Part shown: in pieces, positions 9,610-18,303 of the stretch
How the letters are laid out: each line of letters opens with the position of its first letter
Numbering within the stretch: position 1 is the stretch's first letter
Assembly (NCBI GenBank): GCA_009838195.1
Contig: VXSC01000036.1
Location: 157,300-221,299 of the forward strand
Direction: 5' to 3'
Origin: Rhodothermaceae bacterium
GTDB lineage: Bacteria; Bacteroidota; Rhodothermia; Rhodothermales; Bin80
DNA: 64,000 nt
Translations under genes and position numbers: made by a program
Notes under the pieces: generated by a model
Seen by the model: only the letters and a program-made list of their open reading frames with translations
Told to the model about the DNA's origin: nothing
Database searches by the model: none

Positions 9610-10046
9610 GTACTCGTGTTAAATCGTTGGTCGTCCTTGGATGTACCTTAATTATTGGAATTGCCATTGGTATCCTAGGAACCAGTACGTGGCAACATCG
9701 TCGGAACGTCGCTCTGTCTGAAACTCGAATTCAAGGTGGACTGACGCGTCACATTGAACGAGTCATTGATTTTCAAGATAAAGAACAGCTCGCTGAAGTC
9801 AGAACCATTGTGCGCCGTGCTGAACGATCATTGATGCAACAACGCCGACGTGCAATCGATAGTCTGGCCGTTCACCGCCAGATCTTAATTGCAGACCTGC
9901 AACAAGTTCTCACCCCAGAGCAATGGCAGCGCCTTGAAGCTTGGCTGGATCGAGAGCAAAAGCACCGAAGAGACCGACGAGATCGATCATCCAGTCAGCG
10001 CCGCTCGTCGCGAAAGAATTCTTCAGACCAAAAACCCCAATATTAA
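9606..10046 (+). CDS. Membrane-anchored LTXXQ-motif periplasmic protein
   Basis: ATGA overlap with the preceding gene, an N-terminal TM anchor, an LTPEQWQRLEAWL motif and a highly basic Arg/Ser tail. Confidence 0.5.
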   Translation: MSTRVKSLVVLGCTLIIGIAIGILGTSTWQHRRNVALSETRIQGGLTRHIERVIDFQDKEQLAEVRTIVRRAERSLMQQRRRAIDSLAVHRQILIADLQQVLTPEQWQRLEAWLDREQKHRRDRRDRSSSQRRSSRKNSSDQKPQY

Positions 10047-10056
10047 TCTAACTCCG

Positions 10057-11322
10057 ATGCGATTCTCTATCATCGTAACCGCTATTGTGATTACCGGTGC
10101 CTCACTCTGGTATTTCAACCGGGGCTCCGCTGAGCCTGTCAGCCCTTACCGGTTCGTGACACTTGAAGAAGGCGATCTTGAATCTGTTGTTGCAAGTACC
10201 GGGGCACTGGATGCTGTGACAACGGTCCAGGTTGGCACCCAAGTTTCTGGCATTATTGCCAGCATTTATGTCGACTTCAATGACCGCGTGTATGAGGGGC
10301 AAGTGATCGCCCGGATTGATACTACACTCCTGTGGAGTGCCGTGCGTGATGCGGAATCCAATTTGGAACGAAATCAAGCGCAGCTCCGACAGGCCCAGCG
10401 GGAGCTGGAACGGTTACAACCCTTGTACGAGCAACAATTCGTGACCGAGGTAGACTATTACCGGGCACAGTACGACCTAGACATTGCTAATGCAGCGACC
10501 AATAGTGCAGAAATCAGCTTGGATCGTGCTCGGCAAAATCTGAGTTATGCTACGATCATAGCTCCGATCTCTGGGACGGTCATCGAGCGCAATGTAGATG
10601 TTGGCCAGACGGTGGCAGCTAGCTTTTCAGCACCTCAGCTTTTTCTGATTGCTGACGACCTCTCTCGTATGGAAATCCTTGCGTCCGTTGATGAGAGCGA
10701 CATCGGGCAGATCCAAGAAGGACAATTCGCGCGATTCACCGTACAGGCATATCCTGATGAAATGTTCACCGGAATAGTCCGGCAGGTACGTCTACAATCA
10801 ACGGTAGAAGAAAACGTGGTGAATTACACTGTCGTCGTTGACGTTGAAAATCCAGACGGACGGCTTTTGCCCGGCATGACAGCCACCGTCGATTTCTTGA
10901 TCGAATCTGCTAACAACGTTCTCAAACTTCCCAATGCTGCACTGCGTTTTCGGGGTACTCCACAAATGTTTGAAACCCTCCGTGCACGCAGAGAGGCAGC
11001 GGGGGGAGATAGATCTGAAGGCAATCCGAGTCCGGGAAATGGCAACCGCCCTAACAATGGCAGCACATGGAGCGGTGCTGGAGCAGGTAGCTTCGGAGGA
11101 GGTGCGAATAATTTTACTATGATCTGGTATCTGGATGAAAATAACGAACTGATGGCCGTTCCCGCACAAACTGGAATCACGGACGGCCAGATGACCGAGG
11201 TGTCCAGCGCACGCCTTCAGCCCGGCCTGCAAGTCATCGCGGGAGTCACACAACAGGAAGGCGAAGACTCAAACAACCCATTCCAACGCGCCCAGCAACG
11301 TTTTCGTCCAGGAGGATTTTAG
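10057..11322 (+). CDS. Efflux pump periplasmic adaptor (MacA/HlyD family)
   Basis: VQVGTQVSGIIASIYVDFNDRV lipoyl-like motif, a coiled-coil hairpin, and YATIIAPISGTVIERNVDVGQTV. Start at ATG 10057 (MRFSIIVTAIVITG); the ORF-track extension overlaps the previous gene. Confidence 0.85.
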   Translation: MRFSIIVTAIVITGASLWYFNRGSAEPVSPYRFVTLEEGDLESVVASTGALDAVTTVQVGTQVSGIIASIYVDFNDRVYEGQVIARIDTTLLWSAVRDAESNLERNQAQLRQAQRELERLQPLYEQQFVTEVDYYRAQYDLDIANAATNSAEISLDRARQNLSYATIIAPISGTVIERNVDVGQTVAASFSAPQLFLIADDLSRMEILASVDESDIGQIQEGQFARFTVQAYPDEMFTGIVRQVRLQSTVEENVVNYTVVVDVENPDGRLLPGMTATVDFLIESANNVLKLPNAALRFRGTPQMFETLRARREAAGGDRSEGNPSPGNGNRPNNGSTWSGAGAGSFGGGANNFTMIWYLDENNELMAVPAQTGITDGQMTEVSSARLQPGLQVIAGVTQQEGEDSNNPFQRAQQRFRPGGF

Positions 11323-11327
11323 TCCAC

Positions 11328-12050
11328 ATGGAAAGTGAACTGGTGATGCGAACGCAGGGATTGACCAAGGTTTATACCATGGGGAAGACCGAGGTCCACG
11401 CCCTGCAAGGGGTTGACCTGACAGTCGAACGGGGCGAAATGATTGCAATCGTGGGGGCTTCCGGCTCGGGAAAATCTACTCTGATGAATATCATCGGTTG
11501 CCTGGATTACCCTACATCAGGGACCTACTTTCTGGATGATGTACATGTAGAGAATTTGTCTCGCAACCAATTGGCCGATATTCGAAACAGCAAGATTGGC
11601 TTTGTCTTTCAGGGTTTTAACCTGCTTGCCCGAACGACTGCTCTTGAAAATGTTGAGTTACCTCTTCTCTACGACCGATCCCGGCGCAAAATTCGAATTC
11701 GGAAAATGGCTGAAGAAGCTCTCGAGCGCGTTGGACTTGGGGATCGCATGGACCATGAACCTAACGAACTCTCGGGTGGTCAGCAACAACGCGTCGCTAT
11801 TGCGCGTGCACTGGTAACCAATCCATCCATCCTCTTGGCCGATGAGCCAACCGGCAACCTCGATAGCCATACTTCCATTGAAGTGCTAACCCTCTTTCAG
11901 GAACTTCATAACCAGGGAATGACGGTGCTGCTCATCACCCACGAATCTGACGTGGCGAATTGTACGCAACGTATCATTGAGTTGCGTGATGGCAAGATCA
12001 TTCAGGACAAACGTATTCAGTCCGTCAAAGCACATGAAATTGCCCTATAG
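11328..12050 (+). CDS. ABC transporter ATP-binding protein (MacB/LolD-type)
   Basis: Walker A GASGSGKST, signature LSGGQQQRVAIARAL, Walker B ILLADEPTGNLD. Confidence 0.9.
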   Translation: MESELVMRTQGLTKVYTMGKTEVHALQGVDLTVERGEMIAIVGASGSGKSTLMNIIGCLDYPTSGTYFLDDVHVENLSRNQLADIRNSKIGFVFQGFNLLARTTALENVELPLLYDRSRRKIRIRKMAEEALERVGLGDRMDHEPNELSGGQQQRVAIARALVTNPSILLADEPTGNLDSHTSIEVLTLFQELHNQGMTVLLITHESDVANCTQRIIELRDGKIIQDKRIQSVKAHEIAL

Positions 12051-12087
12051 AAACTGAGCGAAGTATCCGACCCTATCTTATCTATCC

Positions 12088-13305
12088 ATGAAAGCTTCAA
12101 CACTCGTCAAGGTTGCCTCCCAGAGCATTTTGAAAAACAAAATGCGCACACTCCTGACCATGCTAGGAATCGTCATTGGTGTTGGCGCCGTCATTGTTAT
12201 GGTCGCTATTGGACAGGGTGCACAATCCCAGATCCAAGAGCAAATCAATACTCTGGGGACCAACATGATCGTTGTTACTCCGGGAGCCAGCAACCAGGGT
12301 GGTGTGAGTCGGGGTGCACAAAGTTACAACCGTCTCACTGTCAAGGATTTCGAAAAAATTAAACGAGAGAGTCTGATCGTTTCTGCGGTTTCGCCGGTTG
12401 TGTTTAGCCGAACACAGGTTATCGGAGGTCAAGGAAACTGGCGTACAACCATCAATGGAGTCTCAACGGATTATCAGATTATCCGGAATTGGGATCTTAA
12501 GTATGGCAGTTTCTTTGACCAAAGTGAGCAGCGTCAGATGCGACGTGTCATCGTATTAGGGCATACCGTAGCAGAAAACCTCTTCCCTGGTGAGGACCCA
12601 GTCGGACTGACCGTGCAGGTACGTAACGTTCCCGTACAGGTCATTGGCGTCCTCGAACCCAAGGGGCAAACTGCCAGCGGCACGGACCAGGATGATGTGA
12701 TTTTTGCTCCCTACACGACGGTTCAGACCCGACTTAGCGGATGGAGTCGCATATTTCAGATTCTAGCTAGCACACCTTCCTCGCGTGATATTCCCGCGGC
12801 ACAAGAAGAAATCCGGGCTATTATGCGGGAATCTCATGGTCTAGCGGAATTTGCTGAAGATGACTTCACGGTACGCAATCAGAACGATCTCGCTGCAGCC
12901 GAACAGGGAACCACGGAAGTTATGACTATGCTGTTGGCCGCGATTGCCTCCATCTCACTCCTCGTCGGAGGAATTGGAATCATGAACATAATGCTCGTTT
13001 CCGTAACCGAGCGTACCCGTGAAATCGGGATTCGCATGGCCATAGGTGCCCGCGGACGGGATGTGCTGACCCAATTTCTGGTTGAGAGCATTGTCATGAG
13101 TGTGTTGGGCGGCGCAATTGGGGTTGGGATTGGCTTTGCTGGCTCAAGCATATTGAGCCAGTTGACGGGATGGAATACCGTCACCTCACCTACCACCATC
13201 ATGATTGCTCTGGCGTTTTCGGCAGGTGTCGGCATCTTCTTTGGCTTCTATCCTGCGCGCAAAGCTTCCGCGCTGAACCCGATTGAAGCACTCCGTCACG
13301 AATAA
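12088..13305 (+). CDS. ABC transporter permease (MacB periplasmic core + FtsX domain)
   Basis: N-terminal TM, a large periplasmic domain, and a C-terminal FtsX-like 3-TM bundle (GGIGIMNIMLVSVTERTREIGIRMAIGA). Confidence 0.9.
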   Translation: MKASTLVKVASQSILKNKMRTLLTMLGIVIGVGAVIVMVAIGQGAQSQIQEQINTLGTNMIVVTPGASNQGGVSRGAQSYNRLTVKDFEKIKRESLIVSAVSPVVFSRTQVIGGQGNWRTTINGVSTDYQIIRNWDLKYGSFFDQSEQRQMRRVIVLGHTVAENLFPGEDPVGLTVQVRNVPVQVIGVLEPKGQTASGTDQDDVIFAPYTTVQTRLSGWSRIFQILASTPSSRDIPAAQEEIRAIMRESHGLAEFAEDDFTVRNQNDLAAAEQGTTEVMTMLLAAIASISLLVGGIGIMNIMLVSVTERTREIGIRMAIGARGRDVLTQFLVESIVMSVLGGAIGVGIGFAGSSILSQLTGWNTVTSPTTIMIALAFSAGVGIFFGFYPARKASALNPIEALRHE

Positions 13306-13539
13306 TCGTACTACCCCCTCTGCTCTCCTCTCCGAGAGGGTACAACCCAACTTCCCCACCAGTCTCCCGCGGAGCTGCCTGATGGAACCCGTGCACACAG
13401 GGGGCAGCCCCAGCGGAAAAAGCGGAACGGACACCGCGGAGGTAGCGCACGTCGCACCTCCAAATCAAACGCTTTCGACCAACCAAGCAATCAGTCCTTT
13501 GAACCGAGGAAGATACCTGCGAGGAGGCCAAGTGCTTTC

Positions 13540-13725
13540 TTAACCCGCCTTCCTGCTGTTTCTTTCCTCCTGCACTTCCTTACGGATCGTGTTGGCAAGA
13601 TTTCTCAAGTCCAACATGGCTCTACGAACGCGAGCACCCGCTGCATCTACCTCTTTGTCATGAAACTTGGTGAAATCGGATTCAATGCCATCAACGATGG
13701 TCTTAAGCTCACTATATCTGTTCAT
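13540..13725 (-). CDS. Small histone H1-like basic protein (61 aa)
   Basis: MNRYSELKTIVDGIESDFTKFHDKEVDAAGARVRRAMLDLRNLANTIRKEVQEE resembles the small histone H1-like proteins common in Bacteroidota. Start at internal ATG 13725. Confidence 0.5.
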   Translation of the reverse strand: MNRYSELKTIVDGIESDFTKFHDKEVDAAGARVRRAMLDLRNLANTIRKEVQEERNSRKAG

Positions 13726-13870
13726 CGTGGTTTGATTGGTAAAACGTTTGGTTATGAAAACTGTGTGATTTAGAGTTTCTTCCCAGAATAAAACCCACCA
13801 ATTGGGGTTAATCCTCTGAGCATCTGCTCTCAAAGGTGGAATATACGCAATCTGTTCAATATGTAACCAA

Positions 13871-13896
13871 ATTCCAGCTCTTTACGGAGCTGGAAT
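13871..13896 (-). terminator. 10-bp perfect hairpin downstream of the decarboxylase gene (weak terminator candidate)
   Basis: ATTCCAGCTC-tttacg-GAGCTGGAAT. On the minus strand only TTGG follows, and the run of six T lies on the wrong side, so terminator function is uncertain. Confidence 0.3.
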
Positions 13897-14100
13897 AAAA
13901 AATGATCTTATGTCGGAAGATACCAGCACGGTCCTCCAACATATGGATTGCCGAATTCATGGAAGCTGCTTCCGTGGCGAGCCGCTGCAGCGGCAATGGA
14001 ATTTTCCGGTACATGAAGTTCTCACTCCCATCACGCGGTAGATAGACACGCTTAACTCTCCTATCCACCCATCACAACATCTGGACTGGAAAATACTCGG

Positions 14101-15567
14101 TCAGTCTGAAGATTCGTCTTGAATCAAACTCTCCATGCCGAATTTCGAGATGTTCTCCAATGTCTCGCGTACCTCGTTCCAAGTCGTCGAGTAGTTGATG
14201 ACGCACATCCTGAGCGCTAGCATTCCGTCGAGGCGCGTTGATGATATGAACGCATGGTCTTCCCAGAATACTCGGGCGAGTACGGTCTTGTTGATTGTTT
14301 CCAACTGATACTTGTCAAGATCGGCGTTCTCGGGATTGACGCGGAAGCACGCAATTCCCAGTGCTACAGGTGCCAACATCTCTAAGACAGTACTCTCCTC
14401 AACATATCCCCCAATTCGATGCGCAAGATCCATCCCATGCAATTGGGCATTCCGGAATGCAGTCATACCGAAGGTCTGAACGGACATCCAGATCTTTAAT
14501 GCCCTAACGGAGCGACTAAGTTGCAACCCTCTATCCGAAAAATTTGGATGACCAGCACCCCAGATCGTGTCCTGAAGAATATCACACTTGCCGACAAACA
14601 CCCGCTCAAGAGTACTTAAATCCTTCACCATTAGGCCCCCTACTTCATAGGGTTGGAAAAACCACTTATGTGCGTCCAGTACAATTGAATCTGCACGCTC
14701 AATTCCACGCATGATATTCCTACCTTCCTCGGTCACGATGGCAAAGCCTCCATGAGCGGCATCAACGTGAAGCCATATTTCCTGGGCCTCGCAGTAGTCC
14801 GCCATCGCTTCCAGAGGGTCGACAGCCCCACAGCTGGATGTACCGGCGTTCGCACACACCGCAATGGGGCTGAATCCAGCAGCCCTGTCCTCGGCCACCT
14901 TCTCAGCAAGCGCATCCATGTCCATGCGGAAACGCCCGTCGGTCGGAATCATACGAATACATTCTGGACGAAGACCTATAATCCTAGCTGCTTTGATGAG
15001 CGCACTGTGGCCCTGGTCACTCATATATAGAGTGCCCCGTTCCGGATTGCCCGCCGCCTCCCGGGCCGCAACTAGACCATCCAGGTTTGCCGCCGACCCC
15101 CCGCTCGTCAACACACCTCCCGCATTTTCCGGATAGCCAATCCAGCACCGAAACCAATCAACTACGACAAGTTCTAACTGGCTCGGACCACTCGAAATCA
15201 ACCAGGAGCTCTGGTTGATATTAAATCCGGCAACCATGAAGTCAGCCAAGACTCCAGGCCAAGTGGGCTGGGAAGGAATAAATCCAAAACAACGCGGATG
15301 GTCTAAACTCAGTGCCGCCGGAAGGATCTCTTGTGCGGCCTCGTCTATCACTTGCGAGGCCGAACGGCTCTCCTCGGGTGGAGGCTTCATCAATTGATCC
15401 TCAAGGTCTCGCCGGAATTCTCCTGCCCAAGCACCTTGTCCAGGCAAATTCTCGATGCGCTGCACTACCAGCTCTGCCGTTTGGCGTGCAAGTGATAGCA
15501 TCTGTTCCGGCGACATCCGGAGATCACTTCCGATTCCATCATTACCATCTGTTACTTTGTCCATCAA
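14101..15567 (-). CDS. Group II pyridoxal-phosphate-dependent amino-acid decarboxylase
   Basis: The DAHKWFFQPYEVG motif contains the PLP lysine. SGGSAANLDGL and HVDAAHGG are typical of aromatic-amino-acid / glutamate decarboxylase-like enzymes. Confidence 0.85.
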   Translation of the reverse strand: MMDKVTDGNDGIGSDLRMSPEQMLSLARQTAELVVQRIENLPGQGAWAGEFRRDLEDQLMKPPPEESRSASQVIDEAAQEILPAALSLDHPRCFGFIPSQPTWPGVLADFMVAGFNINQSSWLISSGPSQLELVVVDWFRCWIGYPENAGGVLTSGGSAANLDGLVAAREAAGNPERGTLYMSDQGHSALIKAARIIGLRPECIRMIPTDGRFRMDMDALAEKVAEDRAAGFSPIAVCANAGTSSCGAVDPLEAMADYCEAQEIWLHVDAAHGGFAIVTEEGRNIMRGIERADSIVLDAHKWFFQPYEVGGLMVKDLSTLERVFVGKCDILQDTIWGAGHPNFSDRGLQLSRSVRALKIWMSVQTFGMTAFRNAQLHGMDLAHRIGGYVEESTVLEMLAPVALGIACFRVNPENADLDKYQLETINKTVLARVFWEDHAFISSTRLDGMLALRMCVINYSTTWNEVRETLENISKFGMESLIQDESSD

Positions 15568-15695
15568 ATGCCCTCGTAGGCTAAATAGGCTGGATTAAGA
15601 AAACGGTGTGGATACAAACACAAAAATACAATAAACAACTGACCCAGCACTATATTTATAGCTTCGGCACGAAACACTAATATAGGAAACCCTGA

Positions 15696-17129
15696 ATGAG
15701 CTCAACGATGAAACCATTCCACCTCGTCATCAACGGCAAGAAGGTCCCTACCGGGCGATGCTTTGAAGTATTGAATCCCGCCACCGAACAAGTAGCCGGA
15801 CTTGCATCACTGGCAAGAAAAAAGGATCTGGATGATGCCGTGCGATCTGCTCAGATGGCGTTCGAAAAATGGCGTGAAGTGCCCGAACCCGAGAGACAGG
15901 CGGCATGCTTGGAAATTGCATCAAAAATTGAGGCAAATGCCGAGGAACTTGCTCATATCTTGACCGCTGAACAGGGCAAGCCTCTAAACGGACTTGGCTC
16001 ACGATGGGAAGTCGGCGGCGCCATAGCTTGGACCCGCTATACAGCCAGCCTTTCCCTTCCGGTGAAGGTTCTCCAAGACAACGACCAGGGCAGGGTCGTG
16101 CTTCACCGCAAGCCAATCGGTGTTGTGGGCTCCATTACTCCCTGGAACTTTCCACTCATGATCGCGATCTGGCATATCGTTCCTGCTGTTCTCTCAGGCA
16201 ACACGGTAGTGAGCAAACCCTCTCCTTTTACGCCTCTGTCAACGCTGCGCCTGGTTGAACTCATGAACGAAGTGTTGCCGGAAGGCGTTGTCAACTGCAT
16301 CTCAGGAAAAGACAGCTTAGGTGCCGCAATGACAACGCATGAGGGGATCGGCAAAATTGTTTTCACCGGTTCCTGCGCAACTGGCCGGAAAATCATGGCG
16401 AACTCGGCGGAAACCATGAAGCGACTGACTCTCGAACTCGGTGGGAACGACGCTGGAATCGTTCTTCCAGATGTTGACCCAAAGCAGATTGCCGAAGGGC
16501 TTTTCTGGGGTGCATTCATTAACAGCGGCCAAACCTGTGCCGCGTTGAAACGTCTTTACGTACATAATGACGTGTACGACGGGGTCTGTGGGGAATTAGT
16601 TAATCTCGCCCGAAAGATGAAGGTCGGCGAGGGTACAAACGAGGATGTTGTTTTGGGACCGATTCAAAACCGCAAGCAGTACGACATTGTGTCCGACCTA
16701 GTGCAAGACGCGAAGTCCAAGGGACGTGTACTCTTGGGCGGAGATCCCGGAGAAATACAGATGGAAATGGGTGGAAAGGGATATTTTTTTCCGCTCACGA
16801 TCATAGCCGATTTGGAAAACGGAGACCCTCTAGTTGACGAGGAGCAGTTCGGACCCGTCCTGCCGATTATCCGCTATCATCGGACCGAAGAGGCAATTGA
16901 GAAGGCAAACGACAATCCAAATGGCCTCGGAGGTTCGGTCTGGAGCCAGAACATAGAAAAGGCGAGAGAAATTGCGAACCAAATGGAGTGCGGATCGGTC
17001 TGGATAAACAAGCATGGAATGATCCAGCCCAACGCTCCCTTCGGCGGAGTAAAACGCTCTGGCTTCGGGGTCGAGTTCGCAGAGGAAGGTCTGAAGGAGT
17101 ACACGGATATTCAGGTTGTCTTCTCCTGA
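15696..17129 (+). CDS. NAD(P)-dependent aldehyde dehydrogenase
   Basis: ITPWNFPL, LELGGND (catalytic Glu) and FINSGQTCAA (catalytic Cys) motifs. Confidence 0.9.
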   Translation: MSSTMKPFHLVINGKKVPTGRCFEVLNPATEQVAGLASLARKKDLDDAVRSAQMAFEKWREVPEPERQAACLEIASKIEANAEELAHILTAEQGKPLNGLGSRWEVGGAIAWTRYTASLSLPVKVLQDNDQGRVVLHRKPIGVVGSITPWNFPLMIAIWHIVPAVLSGNTVVSKPSPFTPLSTLRLVELMNEVLPEGVVNCISGKDSLGAAMTTHEGIGKIVFTGSCATGRKIMANSAETMKRLTLELGGNDAGIVLPDVDPKQIAEGLFWGAFINSGQTCAALKRLYVHNDVYDGVCGELVNLARKMKVGEGTNEDVVLGPIQNRKQYDIVSDLVQDAKSKGRVLLGGDPGEIQMEMGGKGYFFPLTIIADLENGDPLVDEEQFGPVLPIIRYHRTEEAIEKANDNPNGLGGSVWSQNIEKAREIANQMECGSVWINKHGMIQPNAPFGGVKRSGFGVEFAEEGLKEYTDIQVVFS

Positions 17130-17381
17130 AGTGTCCCGACACCACAATCCCTGCCCTGCATGGTAACTGGCGATTTCCCATACCATTTTTCGAGACCCTG
17201 ATTTTTTAAATACAATTCGCTTTAGGAATTCGCCTCACTGTAATCGGGGGAGTATCTCCACGTTTCCAATCTATTTGCTATATTAGTCCCAATCGGTAGT
17301 AGCGATCTGCCAAATGTTTGGCTCAAAACCGTATATTCGTGACTACTGGCACATAAAAACATTCCAACAACTTTGGTTACA

Positions 17382-17636
17382 ATGAAATTTACCTACGTTC
17401 TTTTTCTCACACTCGCTCTGCTGATCACCGCTTGTGGTGGTTCTGATACTTCCACGGATATGGACAGTGACGCAGAAATGCACGAAGATGGTGCTATGAT
17501 GGATGACGGCGATGCCATGGAAATGGAGGCTGACTCTGCTGATGCCATGGAAATGGAGGCTGATACGACCGATATGATGGAGGAGGCAGCAGAAGAGGAA
17601 GCAATGGAAGAGGAGAGTGAAGAAGCTGAAGAGTAG
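17382..17636 (+). CDS. Small Met/Asp/Glu-rich lipoprotein (84 aa)
   Basis: Lipobox LLITAC after MKFTYVLFLTLA. The mature part is about 20% Met and strongly acidic, with a duplicated DAMEMEAD unit. ATG at 17382 is preferred over TTG at 17373. Confidence 0.55.
   Translation: MKFTYVLFLTLALLITACGGSDTSTDMDSDAEMHEDGAMMDDGDAMEMEADSADAMEMEADTTDMMEEAAEEEAMEEESEEAEE
17511..17563 (+). repeat. Tandem 30-nt duplication inside the Met-rich lipoprotein gene
   Basis: gatgccatggaaatggaggctga occurs identically at 17511-17533 and 17541-17563. Confidence 0.9.
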
Positions 17637-17841
17637 TTGTCCGTATCGTTTCAGATATGGATTGTTGCTCCGGCCCCACACAGTGGGCGCACTGAACTGA
17701 CGTTTGAAAGTGTGCAAGGTGTATCGCTTGACCCGTTCTGGGTCCAAGTCGGTGTGCTGTGATTGATCTGAGGATGTGATCGTGTGGGTGACCGGCTGAC
17801 GTCGCAAATGCTCCGCGTTATAGCGCCTTGAGCATGCATCT

Positions 17842-18303
17842 ATGAAGGCTCAAAACCCGTCGCTTGTGCCCTTTCGGCAATGGGCAACCAGCGATTCTCC
17901 ATGGGAATCAAAGTACGGATACGCGCGGGCGGTAAGAAATTTTCAACATATTTTTGTTTCGGGTACGACAGCAGTTACCCCCGAGGGTAGTGTAGTCGGC
18001 GAGGGTGATGCCTACGCACAAACCCAGTATATCTTTTCCGTCATTGCGGAAGCCCTTCACGAGCTAGGGACATCCCTGACAGATGTGGTTCGTACACGGA
18101 TCTATGTTGTGGATATTGATTCCCACGCGGAGGCAGTCGGCAAAGCGCACGGTGAGATCTTTGAATCCATCCGCCCTGCCGCTACCATGGTGGGCGTTGC
18201 TGGGTTGATCGCACCTGAATTACTGGTTGAAATTGAGGTAGATGCCGTCTTGCCTACTCTCCCAGAGCCACAGCTTCCTCAAAACGTACACTCACTAGAC
18301 TAG
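17842..18303 (+). CDS. RidA/YjgF/L-PSP family (Rid) protein
   Basis: YARAVRNFQHIFVSGTTAV...DVVRTRIYV...PELLVEIEVDAV matches the Rid fold signature. Confidence 0.8.
   Translation: MKAQNPSLVPFRQWATSDSPWESKYGYARAVRNFQHIFVSGTTAVTPEGSVVGEGDAYAQTQYIFSVIAEALHELGTSLTDVVRTRIYVVDIDSHAEAVGKAHGEIFESIRPAATMVGVAGLIAPELLVEIEVDAVLPTLPEPQLPQNVHSLD

Noticed and set aside
13856-14068. 70-aa minus-strand ORF between the decarboxylase and the histone-like gene; also the 62-aa TTG-start ORF at 4660-4848 in the glnK 3' region.
   Set aside because: Both are short and motif-free, have poor starts, and lie in regions better explained as 3' UTR or promoter sequence.
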